A stretch of DNA of 64,000 bases, from assembly GCF_028641065.1 (NCBI RefSeq), contig NC_073377.1, positions 164,424,001-164,488,000 of the forward strand, read 5' to 3'. The DNA comes from Leucoraja erinacea. Lineage: Eukaryota. Below the pieces are notes generated by a model that saw only the letters and a program-made list of their open reading frames with translations, was not told where the DNA came from and did not search any database. Of the stretch, positions 13,426 to 26,035 are shown piece after piece (position 1 is the stretch's first letter; each line of letters opens with the position of its first letter). The translations under genes and the position numbers were made by a program.

Positions 13426-13877
13426 TGTATCTCCTCCAACCTCATCTACTGCATCCGCTGCTCTAGATGTCAGCTGATCTACATCGGTGAGACCAAACGG
13501 AGGTTAGGCGATCGTTTCGCCGAACACCTCCATGGCCAGAGTGAGCAACACGGAAATTGGAGGAACAGCACCATATATTCCGTTGGGGAGTCTGCAGCCT
13601 GCGGGCTTGAACATTGAATTCTCCCAATTTTGTTAGCTCCTGCTGTCTCCTCCCCTTCCTTAGCCCTCGAGCTGTCTCCTCCCATCCCCCAGCCCTCGGG
13701 CTCCTCCTCCACCTTTTTCCTTCCATCTCCCCGCCACCCCCATCAGTCTGAAGAAGGGTTTCGGCCCGAAACGTTGCCTATTTCCTTCGCTCCATAAATG
13801 GTGCTGCACCCGCTGAGTTTCTCCAGCTTTTTTGTGTACCTTCGATTTTCCAGCATCTGCAGTTCCTTCTTGAACAC
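13426..13877 (+). mobile_element. Penelope-like element 3' fragment with GIY-YIG remnant and hammerhead-core terminal repeat
   Basis: 13441 onward reads LIYCIRCSRCQLIYIGETKRRLGDRFAEHL; CTGAAGA...GAAAC core at 13748-13775. Confidence 0.85.
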
Positions 13878-14639
13878 TTCTAAGTTTCCATGTTTAATCC
13901 CATTTGAAAGAATTGAAAACAGAAATTTGGTAAATAAAAACTCTGCAGGTCAGAATGCATATGTCTGACTTGCTCAGTGTTTCCAAAATTTGTTTATTTC
14001 AGATTTCTTGATTTTTGAAAACTTGATTTTTTATTCTATTAATATGAATTGTGGACATCAGCTCCCGAGAAAGGTGTTTACATTTTTATCATTTATTTTA
14101 ACTCGTTTTAATGATCTTCATCCTTTTTTCATGTTTTGTTTTTCTTTTTGGCTTTGCAATGGAATAGACTGTTTCAGTTGCGAGAACTGGGCTGAATTTG
14201 ATTCCTTGAAGTAGAGACGATGGAGAGGAGATCAGAAAAGATTAAGAGCTGTACAAAATTATGAGGGACATACGCAGGGTGGATAGAGTAAATGTTTTCT
14301 CCATAGCAGAGATAGCTGAAAGAGGGCATTGGTTAAATATAAGGAGCGAAAGAGTTAGAGGGAATCTGAGAAAGTAAAAATCAGCATTCTGCAGCACACT
14401 GCTTGATAAAGTGGTAGAGCAGAGATTCACATAACACTTCTGTATCTAAAAGTATATGAATTGCCAAGGCAAAGAAGGTTCTGGACCAACTACTGGTAAA
14501 TTAGATTAATGTAGATGGGTGCTTGGTGATTTCCAGCGAAAGTTGCATTTCTTGCACAGGCAGTCCCTGCGCCAGTTAACAAGTTGCTCGCTAAAGTTCC
14601 AATAAGGGTTAGTTCGGAGCCCACCCGTGGGGCCGAGGC

Positions 14640-16373
14640 ACTGTATGATCAGCATGCTGGTTATATTTGGGTGTGGCGGCTCCCAAGGATGCCCTTACGC
14701 TGGACGCCTCGGAGTTGGCGGTTGGTGCCATGCTGGAACTGATGGACGGGGGTTGGCGGCCCCTGGCCTTCTTCAGCCAACACCTCAACCACGCCCAGAC
14801 GAAGTACAGCGCTTTCGACGGCGAGCTCCTGGCTCTGTGCCTGGCGGTGCGCCACTTCTGCTACTTCCTGAAGGGCCACCCATTCACCGTTTACACAGAC
14901 CACAAGCCGCTCACATTTTCCCTGGCAAAGGTTTCCGACCCCTGGTCCGCACGACAGCAGCGGCAGTTGGCGTACATCTCGGAATACACCACCTCCATCT
15001 GCTTCATCGAGGGGAAGGAGAACCGGGTGGCCGACGCGTTGTTCCGCCCCACCGTTGACGTTGTTTTCGTAGTGGCGCCCGGCATTGACTATTCTGCCCT
15101 GCCTCTAGAGGAGCAACAATCCTGTGTGATGTGTCGTCCTGTCAGCCGAGCCCCATCGTCCCTGTTGCATGGCGCCGGAGGGTTTTCAATATGATCCACG
15201 GACTGGCTCACCCATCCATCAGGGCGACGACGGCCCTTGTGGCTGCTTGGTTCATGTGACACTGCCTGCACCTGCATTCCGTGCCAGACGCCAAAAATCC
15301 AGCACCATGTCCGAGCTCCCCTCTAGGAGTTCGGTCTACCACACCGGCGTTTCGACCACCTCCACGTGGACATTATGGGGCCACTCCCGCAGTCCCAGGT
15401 CATCACCCATCTCCTACGATGGTAGACCACTTCATGCAGTGGCCGGAGGCCATACCTCAACGACTACATGCGCTCGTGCTTTGTCCGCACACTGGATTAC
15501 TCACTTTGAGGTGCCGGTGGACATCTCCTCGGACCAGGGGCCATATTTCACCTCTGAGCTGTGGTCGGCCATGGCTCACTTGTTGGGTGTTCGGCTGCAC
15601 CACACCACTATCACCCGCAGGCAAACGACCTGGTGGAGAGGTTCCACCGGCAACTCAAGGCAGCGCTGAAGGTGCGATTCTCTCCGGCCCGTATTGGATG
15701 GACGAACTGCCGTGGGTCTTGCTGGGCATCCAAACTGCACCTAAGGAGGACTTGGTCTCATCCTCAGCGGAGCTCGTTTACGGGTAGCTAATCGCGGTGT
15801 CTGGGGAGTTTGTGCCGTCAGTGCCGGGGCAGCAGGGAATGCCGTCATCCACTCTACAGGCTCGTGCCCGTGCTGACGTCCCATCATGGGACATTCCGCC
15901 CACACGTATCATCGGCCCTCCAGGACTGCCCCAATCTATGAAGGCCCGTCCAGGGTGCTGGAGCACGGATAGGCAACCTTTGTGTTGGACATGGGGGGCC
16001 GGCTGGGGGCCGGCCGGAGGCCGTGTCGATTGACCGGTTAAAGCCGGCACATTTGGACATTGACCAGCCGGTGGTTGCCAGTCGGGTAGTACGCCCGCCG
16101 GTGCGTTTTGTGCCTCCTGTTCTAGCGGGGGGGGGGTCCTGTGACGGCTCCCAAGGGTCGGGCCATTTCCACTATCGAATCCCTCGGCATGGGAATGGAT
16201 GAGTCCGGGGGCGGCAAGAAAATAGACCACGACCGCGACCCCACGGAGCAGCACAAAGCATAAAGCACTCACTGAAATGAAGGTCTGATAACCAAAGATA
16301 ACACACAGCAGATCCAATGTTTATCTCCATTGACCCATGACCTGGGCATGCGTAGTCGGAATACCAAACTCGC
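14640..16373 (+). mobile_element. Degenerate Gypsy LTR retrotransposon (RNase H and integrase remnants, polypurine tract, start of 3' LTR)
   Basis: DASELAVGAML...RPLAFFS...KYSAFDGELLA...FTVYTDHKPL (RNase H); frameshifted integrase pieces (ISSDQG, YHPQANDLVERFHRQLK, WMDELPWVLLGI); G-run PPT ~16127-16136 then TG at 16140. Confidence 0.88.
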
Positions 16374-17754
16374 TTATAATGAAAACCTCCCAAACACCTG
16401 TCCGACAGATCAGAAACACTCTACAGCAGTCGGGTGTGGATATGTCAATGACCACGTTCTGCAGAAGACTTCATGAACAGAAATACAGAGGCTACACTGC
16501 AAGATGCAAACCACTGGTTAGCCGCAATAATAGGATGGCCGGATTACACTTTGCCAAGAAGTACTTAAAAGAGCAACCACAGTTCTGGAAAAAGGTCGTG
16601 TACAGATGAGACGAAGATTAACTTATATCAGAGTGATGGCAAGAGCAAAGTACGAAGGAGAGAAGGAACTGCCCAAGATCCAAAGCATGCCACCTCACCT
16701 GTGAGATACGGTGGTGGAGGTGTTATGGCCTGGCCATGTATGGCTGCTGAAGGTACTAGCTCAATTATCTTCATTGATGATGCAACTGCTGATGGTAGTA
16801 GCATAATGAATTCTGAAGTGTATAGACACATCCTATCTGTTCAAATTCAAACAAATGCCTCAAAATTCATTGGCCGGCAGTTCATTCTACAGCAAGACAA
16901 TGACCCCAAACATACATCTAAAGCAACAAAAGAGTTTTTCAAAGCTAAAAAATGATCAATTCTTGAGTGGCCAGGTCAATAACCTGATCTGAACCCAATT
17001 GAGCATGCCTTTTATATACTGAAGAGAAAACTGAAGGAGACTAGCCCCCAACACAAGCATAAGCTAAAGATGACTGCAATACAGGCCTGGCAGAGCATCA
17101 CCAGAGAAGACACCCAGAAACTGGTGATGTCCATGAATCGCAGACTGCAAGCAGTCATTGCATGCAAAGGATTTGGAACAAAGTGCTAAACATGACTACT
17201 TTCATTTACATGACATTGCTGTGTGCCAAACATTATGGTGCCCTGAAATGTGGGGGGGGGAGAAACCACTATATCGATATCTATATCGATATNNNNNNNN
17301 NNNNNNNNNNNNNNNNNNNNNNNNNNNNNNNNNNNNNNNNNNNNNNNNNNNNNNNNNNNNNNNNNNNNNNNNNNNNNNNNNNNNNNNNNNNNNNNNNNNN
17401 NNNNNNNNNNNNNNNNNNNNNNNNNNNNNNNNNNNNNNNNNNNNNNNNNNNNNNNNNNNNNNNNNNNNNNNNNNNNNNNNNNNNNNNNNNNNNNNNNNNN
17501 NNNNNNNNNNNNNNNNNNNNNNNNNNNNNNNNNNNNNNNNNNNNNNNNNNNNNNNNNNNNNNNNNNNNNNNNNNNNNNNNNNNNNNNNNNNNNNNNNNCA
17601 TGGTGAAACCAAAATGTATTAAAATGGCCTTAATTAAAATCTGACAATGTGCACTTTAACCACATGTGCTTTTTTCTATTACAAATCTCAAATTGTGGAG
17701 TACAGAGGCAAATAATTAAATGATGGGTTCTCAAACATTATGGAGGGCATTGTA
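16374..17754 (+). mobile_element. Tc1 DNA transposon, 5'-truncated, pseudogenised transposase
   Basis: DETK, GGGVMAW, LQQDNDPKH and PDLNPIEH motifs with stops and frameshifts; right terminus ...aaacattatggagggcattgta; closely similar to the copy at 31588-33107. Confidence 0.9.
17293..17598. other. Assembly gap (306 N) inside the Tc1 right terminal repeat
   Basis: Run of N preceded by repeated ctatatcgatat. Confidence 0.99.
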
Positions 17755-19001
17755 GAAACAAAAAACAACCTAAAACAGAAAAAGTTTCAAGACCTGAATT
17801 TCAATTGTTACAAGCCAACCTTCTTACGCTTTTCAGACAGAGGTAGTGAACATATTGAACAATCTGTCAGGGGATATAGTTGAGGCAGTTACTATAACAA
17901 CATTTAAAATATATTTTGACAGGTTCGTAGATACGAAAGGTTAAGCGGATTATACTCAGGCAGGTACTACTGTGCTGTACAACTGTATATAAGCATCTTT
18001 TCCATGCTGTGTGATTCTATGATCCTAACTCCTTCAAAATTACCATCATGACTTGTGATACCTAATAACAGGAATTTAAATAACCAGATTGATAGGAGGG
18101 ATCAATGGGATAATTATCATTTAGGCATGGAAATGCTTTATTTGTCATGAATTAAATATATATGTCCGGCTTGTAGAATCTGCAAATAAAGTACAACGTT
18201 TTAATCAAGATAACAGTAAATATATTTTTCTATAAAAACAAAAATTAAAGCTAACGAATGGGAACCAGATAAATGTAGAACTGTAGTACGTCATACATCA
18301 CACCTTTGCTATAGATTGGACAGATTACTGAAATTGTAATTAATGAAAGAGCTAATTATTTATTATAACCTAGGTTCAGTGCAAAAACAAATGGGATTAA
18401 TGCTGTGGCCTGTATTCACAAGAATAACTTTCGCCATCTTCTGTTCTAATATAACAAAGAAGCCAGTAACACAGCTCTTTAATGTAGCAGAAACACATAC
18501 TAAATTACCCTGTCCATGTGTGTACATGTGCATACACGCGGCTCTTTGTGCTGTACACCTAAAAAATGTGCATAAAATGAGAACTGGAGTGGCACACCAG
18601 CAGAGCTTTTAAAAATGTGTTATTAAACTATATGATTTGGTGGTGGTGGGATAGAGTTAGTCACATGTGCCTGTGTGGTGTTCTGGAGGATGACTAGGAG
18701 TGAGAGGTAGGGATGGCAGTCGATATGGAAACATGGAAAAGCATAAAGGATGAAAAAAATAAGACACTTCCATATTTGGATCCCACCCTGTGCTGCACAG
18801 GAAAGATCAGGTTGGCCTGCGAGTGCCAAATGAGTCTTTCCTTGGACAGCATGCACCCGTGATGCAATAACACCTCTGGCCACAAAGGAGGCGCATGCAT
18901 GGCTGTCCAAGAAATGTTAACATTTTGCACTCCAAGCAAAATTATATTGTCATGTCATACTCAGTTCTACTTTTTATTTCTTTCTAACTTTCTTCACTTA
19001 T

Positions 19002-19310
19002 TAGTTTTGTTTTTAGTTTAGAGATACAGCGCGGAAACAGGCCCTTCGATCCACCAAGTCCGCACGAACCTGCTATTCCCGCACATTAACACCACCCTAC
19101 AACTAGCGATAATTTTGCAATTTTACCAAGCCAATCAACCTATAAACTTGTACGTATTTGGAGTGTGGGAGAAAACCAACGATTTCAGAGAAAACCCACG
19201 CAGCTCTTGGGGAGAACGTACAAACTCTGTGCAGACAACACCCGTAGTCAGGATCGAACCCGGGTCTCGGGCACTGTAAGGCAGTAGCACTATCACTATG
19301 GCATCGTGTT
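19002..19310 (-). mobile_element. HE1-like tRNA-derived SINE, near full length
   Basis: B box GGTTCGATCC on minus strand (ggatcgaacc ~19251-19260), conserved body, CR1-like tail ending in (ctaaa)n. Confidence 0.85.
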
Positions 19311-20814
19311 AATCATTATATCTTCACAAGTTTAAGAATCACCCTGATTCTTTAAACATTATTGGCAAGATTCTATTTTTCATATGCAAACATATATAGC
19401 ATGAAAACCATAGTTGTTTCCCATTACCACCACCTCACACCCATAGAACTGTGCATGCTAGAGTGCTATTGCAGGGTGACTAGATAGAGAAACAATGCTT
19501 TATATTTCTCTCTCTCCTCCCCACACCTACCACCACCCTGAGATTCAGGGACCAGCACAAACAGAGAGCCTTCATCTAAATTGAGCTAATTTAACCATGG
19601 GGTCACATAGCCAAAATAAGCATCCCGATCAAAACAAAATGCAACTTCATTCAATTTTGTCTATCTGCATTGCTTTAGTAGTAGCCATGAGGAATGGGAA
19701 TTCTGCCTACTTTTAGCCTCACTAGTGTGGGAACATCCTAACAAATTTCGTAAATCCAGAGATCAGTTAATTCATCAGAAAGCAGAACGCACAATTGCTT
19801 TATGGCTTAGCACTTTACCAAGGATTACATCAACCAACAAAAATGCTACTGCATTACAATTTAAGAAAACCATTAGGTTTACGTAGAGGCACTAATGCTG
19901 CCTGACCAGCATCTTTCATTTCAGATTTCCAGTAACAAATAGATTATGCTTATCAATATATAGTAGGTCATTTGTTTTGTGTCCTTTCAAAGCTCATTAC
20001 AGTGCTTAATATGCTCAGATTTATTAGCATCACCAGTTCATTTCAGTAAAAATGGCAAACAGTCATGCTATTGTAATGTTATCTTGCATTTATAGAGGAG
20101 GTTAAGTTGACTTTGAGTAACACATTATCATTTCAAATACTGATATCCTCGTGCCCTAATGAGTGTTACAAGTTTGGAACTCCTCCTGTGTAAAGCTCTA
20201 ATCTCAAACCACCAACATAAACTTGCTATGTTATCCATTCAACACGACATTGTTTATTTTAAATATTCATCACTGAATCAACATGTATTGGGTACAAGAC
20301 AGCAATTACTCCATTTGCAACTCAATTCTGCCTGAGCAATTCAAGTAAGTACAGCTGTATGAGAGATTGCTTTGAACTGTGAGCGTGGACAGGTGAATCA
20401 AAATGGATCTTCATACTTCTGCTCATACCAGCAAGATCAGACTAGACAATATACTGGGCAGTGATTTACCTCACCACATTTGCTGCCCACTAAGTATGGT
20501 GGTGACACTGGATTACAGAGAAAGGTTTTTTCAGAAACCACCCTCAAAAAGATAACCAATGTTTTATAATCAAAAAATATTAGAAATGAATTGTGGGACT
20601 TCTAATTTCAAAATGAGCATGTTGATTACGTTGGCTGCTTTCTTTTCATGCAGTCATTCAGCACTTACATGCTAAGAAATGCTAAACCAGTAACATACAA
20701 GGCCAAGTTTTCAGCTGTTAATAATTTACACTGCTACTTAACATGACTTCACAAATACTTGTTGCTGGTTACCCACGCAGCCTTTGCAAAATCGCAGTTG
20801 AGGGGTACTTAACA

Positions 20815-21318
20815 AAACTCCTCCAATGTCATCTACAGCATCCGCTGTTCCAAGTGCCAACTTCTCTACTTTGGCGAGACCAAGCACAGGCTTGGCGATC
20901 GCTTTGCCCAACACCTCCGCTCAGTTCGTATTAACCAACCTAATCTCCCGGTTGCTCAGCATTTCAACTCCCCCTCCCATTCTCAATCTGACTTTTCTGT
21001 CCTGGGCCTCCTCCACTGCCAGAGTGAGGCCCAGAGCAAATTGAAGGAACAGCACCTCATATTTCGCTTGGGTAGTTTACACTCCAGCGGTATGAACATT
21101 GACTTCTCTAATTTTAGATAGCCCTTGTGTTCTCCCTCTTCCCCTCCCCCTTCCCAGCTCTTCCACAAAGCCTACTGTCTCCACCTCTTCCTTTCTTTTT
21201 CCCGTTCCCCACCCTCCCCGACATCAGTCTGAAGGGTCTCGACCCGAAACGTCGCCTACTCCTTCTCTCCATAGATGCTGCCTCACCCGCTGAGTTTCTC
21301 CAGCATTTTGTATCTACC
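20815..21318 (+). mobile_element. Penelope-like element 3' fragment
   Basis: GIY-YIG remnant (gtcatctacagcatccgctgttcc...ggcgagaccaagcacaggcttggcgatcgc); terminal repeat whose hammerhead core carries a 3-nt deletion. Confidence 0.8.
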
Positions 21319-22049
21319 CAAGTTGACAGTGCTCCTTCACTAACAGCAAGGAACAAAATTCTTAAAATTACAGATTTAAAGGTTTTTTTTGCCAACGCAT
21401 TGTTCAGAGCTTATTTGACGTATTCTGCAGGCATCACAAACTGACATAGATCCAAGGTAAACATTAATAATGCATTCTGTTCAAACTGGAAGATAACATT
21501 TTAATTCTATGTATATATTAATCTTTGAACTTCACAAGCCACCTGAGCAAACCGCAAAATATACTTAATTTGCACTTCAGGAAACACTGCAATGCTTGCA
21601 CAATGCTGGTTTTTAGCTTTTAGTTGAATGCATTTGTGAATTTGCCATATTATTTTAATCTTAAGCACATTCAAAAAAAGTTTCTCTTAATTCTAAAATC
21701 TCTTATCAAGGAGAACGCAAATGTACAGGAATTATAAAATGATTAGAGATTTGTACCCAATACAAATTTAATATATAGAGATCCTGCTAGCCTAAATGAT
21801 AAACGGTCAAAACACTGAAAACCGATATGATGTATGAATACCTGATAAATATATCAAGGGATACATGGAGGTGCCTGTAAAGCTATATTCTTAATGTAAT
21901 TGGGAATATGTCAAGTCAAGGAGTTTATATTATAGCATTTAGATCATTCTGTTGTGCAACAATATTAGTGGGAATCCTGTACTTAAAATATTTTAAAAAT
22001 TGTGAGGTGCCCATCTGCAAACAACACAACGGAGGTTTTTGTCAGTCTC

Positions 22050-22180
22050 CCTACCTGCGTCCACTACCTGCAACCTCCGGCAACCACCTGTAACCTCCGG
22101 GAACCACACAGAAACCTTGGGTGGGGCGCAAAGTCTCCAGAGATTTCCGTTCAGGTTTCCCAAGTGGGACAGGGGCATAA
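22050..22180. mobile_element. Harbinger-like MITE end
   Basis: Repeated caacctccggcaaccacc units and terminus caagtgggacaggggcat. Confidence 0.4.
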
Positions 22181-23692
22181 AGGGTAATCAAATAGCAGGT
22201 ACACAAAAATGCTGGAGAAACTTAGCGGGTGCAGCAGCATCTATGGAGCGAAGGAAATAAGCAGTCTGGATTTTGCAGCAAAATCAATATTGTAATTATA
22301 AGTATGATACAGGCGAATCGGACAGCTACTTTCCCAATTGCACATGCATCTCAAATGTGGAAGCTGGGGGCTCTTGTCCAGGCATGTTCCAGTTCTCCAG
22401 TAAAGTGTCATCAAAGATCACTGATACTTGCATTCAAATACAAGTGTGGAACACTGTAGTAGACACGTATAAAAACGGTTCATAGAATGATAAGCTTCAA
22501 TTACTGCCGAACTGTCTTTACTTTCACATTAATTTTCCCTTTTCTTTCTTTCCACTTTGCTACATTTTCAACCATATTCTTCTTTCCCTAATTGTATTTG
22601 CAGGATGCAATTTGACATTAGAATTCACATTCTAACTTTTATTTAAATGTTGTTTTAAATTCTGTCGGGGCTAAACTGTATATAGCCCACAAAAACAGAG
22701 ATAATAATAATAATAAATAATATATTTTATTGTCATTGCACATAGGTGCAACGAGATTTGGAATGCAGCTTCCATCCAATGTCATAACTTAAACAACTAA
22801 TAAAATTTAGATACCCAGAGAAACACGATTTATAAATAGTAAAATAGTATAAAGTGCAAATAGGTCTGTGCCTTGTCGATGTGCGACGTGACCATCCGAG
22901 GGAGACAGTGCATGGGGGAGGGGGGGAGGGGCACTCAGCAGGGCCGGTTCAGAGCAGCAGATCAGGATGCCCGATTAGCCCAGGACCATTCAAAGATAGC
23001 ATTGGTTGTACTTTGCAGTCATTATTATTGAATTCTGCAAGCAGCCTGAACTGCATTAATTCTGTTTGCATGGGGAAAACAGAATTAATGATGGCATAAT
23101 TTGAAGTTCAGCTTCACTAAATAAAGCTGGTCTGTGCCTCAAAGGGAAGGTACATTGCGGCTGCAACAGATGCTGGTGGTTCTTTGTAATCCGATTCAGA
23201 TCTGGAAAAGAAAGGATAATGCCTAAACATGGGAAGAGCACTCTTTAAGAGTTTATAGCTACAATGGATATCTTGCCACAACCGCATGAAAGAGTAAAAG
23301 AACAAGGTGGCTCAGCCTCAGGAAGCTGATTGGGGAAGGGTGGGCGATTCTCCAGCCTGCAATAAAAAGGTAATGGATGCGAAAAATTTAAAAAATGCAG
23401 AAACTGCAAATCTATAATTAGAAAATGCTGTTAATACTCAATAGGACAGGCCACATCCTTGGGAAGAGAAACAGTTAACTTCTCAGGTTGTCGACTCATC
23501 TGAAACATCAACTCTGTTACCCTTCCCACATTCGCAACCTGACCTACTATGTATTTGTATTATTTGCTATGTTTATTATAAGGAGTAGACATGGAGTTTA
23601 ATGTTAGGACCTTGGCCCCAAAGTCCAAAGTGCAGCACTGCAAGAAAGTTAATGGATGGATATGTTGCACCTCAACTTCATATACTTAGGGC

Positions 23693-24052
23693 CAAAGATC
23701 CTATAGCGAGCAAGATAGTCCACTCGACGAAAAAGACGTAGTATGGTCATGGGCAGAATCATGGGTAATTTAAGGCCCCATTTCCGTAACCGGCTTCTGT
23801 CTCCGCACCAAAGATCGTAGCCGGTTACGGAAACATCCTCGTTAAAATAAAAGTTATTTGGCAAAAATCTTCTCCTCTATTTCAAAATTTTAATTTATTA
23901 ACACAAACTGTTCCCCCGCAACGTTGATTACACTGCGAGTCGGGTCGGGTCCGGTTACGGAAATGGATGAAAAAAAGGCCCACGTTCCGTTCCGTTCCGT
24001 ACTACACATCAGCCCATTGCATTTAGCAGGAGTGGTCTATATAGGATCTTTG
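23693..24052. mobile_element. 360-bp non-autonomous DNA transposon (P-element-like termini)
   Basis: TIR caaagatcctata / tataggatctttg; exact 8-bp TSD cttagggc at 23685-23692 and 24053-24060. Confidence 0.85.
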
Positions 24053-24895
24053 CTTAGGGCTATTTCAAACCTCAGAATGGCATTGCAAAGCTTATGTGTA
24101 CTATGAGATATTTCTTGACTATAACCACATAACAACCACATCTATAATTACGCAGAATCCTGGTTAAGACTGTGCAGATCAGCTTTTTCTATTTAAAGAT
24201 ATACTTGCATAAGAGGGACCACAATTAACATACAGCAGATTGATTCAAGGGATGCAAGGTCTGGTCTATGAGAAGTATGTAAGAGCCATTTATGTTTAGG
24301 CTAGTTACTGTTGGCATATTATATTATTTGGTCTAGATATTTCTAGCAGTATTATTTTGGACACTTGGGGGCAGTCATTTGATGCATAGATGGGCATAAC
24401 ATATGGGCTTAGGGGACAGGGAGTGATCAGACCAGGCACAAGAGGTGGAGAGTACACAGTTATCGCCAGATCAGGGAGAACAGAAAGCTACAACTTGTAT
24501 AAGAATAAGGAGAACTTGGGATGTTCATCTCTTTCTTTGTACAACTACTTCAATAAATAACCAATTAAATTGGAAATAATGACTGGAAGAGCTGTTCTTT
24601 TTGGTCTGCGTAAGATCACTCCTACTTATCTGTGTAGTAATGGCAATGGAAAGGAAGACACTGGAAAAGCTTGAAATTGCCATTATAAAGTGGTTAAGCA
24701 GGTAATGCCTTTATCCGTTTGAGTTGTTTAGTTTATTGTCACTTGTACCAAGGTACACTGAAAAGTTTTTTTGTTGCGTGCGATCCAGTCAGCAGGAAGA
24801 CTATACATAATTATAATGAATCCGACCTCAGTGTTCAGATACAGGATAGAGAATAACGTTTAGTGCCAGATAAAGTCCAGGAAAGTCCAATTAAA

Positions 24896-25032
24896 TGTGT
24901 AGGACGGAAATGCAGATGCTGATTTGAACCGAAGATAGACACAAAAAGCTGGAGTAACTCAGCAGAACAGGCAGCATCTCTGGAGAGAAGAAATGGGTGA
25001 CGTTTCGGGTCAAGACCCTTCTTCAGACTCTG
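24896..25032 (-). mobile_element. Short Penelope-terminus unit with hammerhead core
   Basis: 13-bp TSD aagtccaattaaa at 24883-24895 and 25033-25045; minus-strand core CTGAAGAAGGGTCTTGACCCGAAACGTC. Confidence 0.75.
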
Positions 25033-25739
25033 AAGTCCAATTAAAAATAGTCCGAGGGAGATGGTAGGTCAGGACCACTCTCTGGTTGATGATAGGACAG
25101 AAATAAACACATTTCTGACAGGGCTTGACAAATAAATGCTGGGGTAATTTTCTTTTCTTAGGATTATCTTCAACCAGTTTTACAGGTTCAAAATAAATTA
25201 AGAATCAGCCACAAGAATTGCACAGCAGACATGAGGAATGAAAAACTACATCCTTCTGTTTTGTTGTTCTGATGTTCTTCTGGCCTCACCGGCAGCTCAG
25301 TTCATCTACCTACCTAATCCCCTATCCACTTGTACCAATATTAATATGTTGCAATAGAATTAACTAAGAACTCATCATTTAAAAAAATGGAACGGGTGCA
25401 AAGTCCAAAAAAACATTTGTGGACATGTTTATGATTTAAAAAATATCTATTGGTCTATGTGTCAGCTTTCATTGCTGCACAATCAACTTAAATCAAAAAT
25501 TTGAACATTGCAATGGAAGCTCAGACTGGTGTCAAGCAAGTTCAATCTTGCCGTCGTGCATTTTCAGATTACTACATTGACTCTGGATGTAAGTGTTTGA
25601 AGGGACTTGCTGGACTGACATAACATCCTACAGAACCACCTGTGACAGATTTCAAGGATTTCTGGTCTGTTGCCCTGGAGAAGCCCAAACCTAAGTGACT
25701 CAATAATGTCTATCACTTTTTCCATTGGTTCCACTATCT

Positions 25740-26035
25740 AATTTTATCAAAACACGAGGGCATGAGTTTAAGGTGAGCAGAAAGTGTTTCAAAGGAGAAT
25801 CGAAAAAAGTTAAAAAAAAAAATGTTTTACACCGAGTGGTTAATATCGGACACTCACTGCCAGAGGAGATTGTGGAGTCCGACACGATCACTACATTTAA
25901 GAGACATTTAGACAGGCATTTAAATAGGAGAGTCATAGTAGGATATGGATCTAATGCAAGCAAATGAGATTAGTGTATAGTCAAATAGGTCAGCATGGAT
26001 GTGAGGGTCATTTCCATGTTATACAACACTGTGAT
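25740..26035 (+). mobile_element. Old CR1 LINE 3' end
   Basis: KTRGHEFKV...HRVVNIGHSLPEEIVESDTITTFKRHLDRHL. Confidence 0.75.

Noticed and set aside
17158-17644. Several 106-160 aa ORFs
   Set aside because: Artefacts of translating through the N gap.
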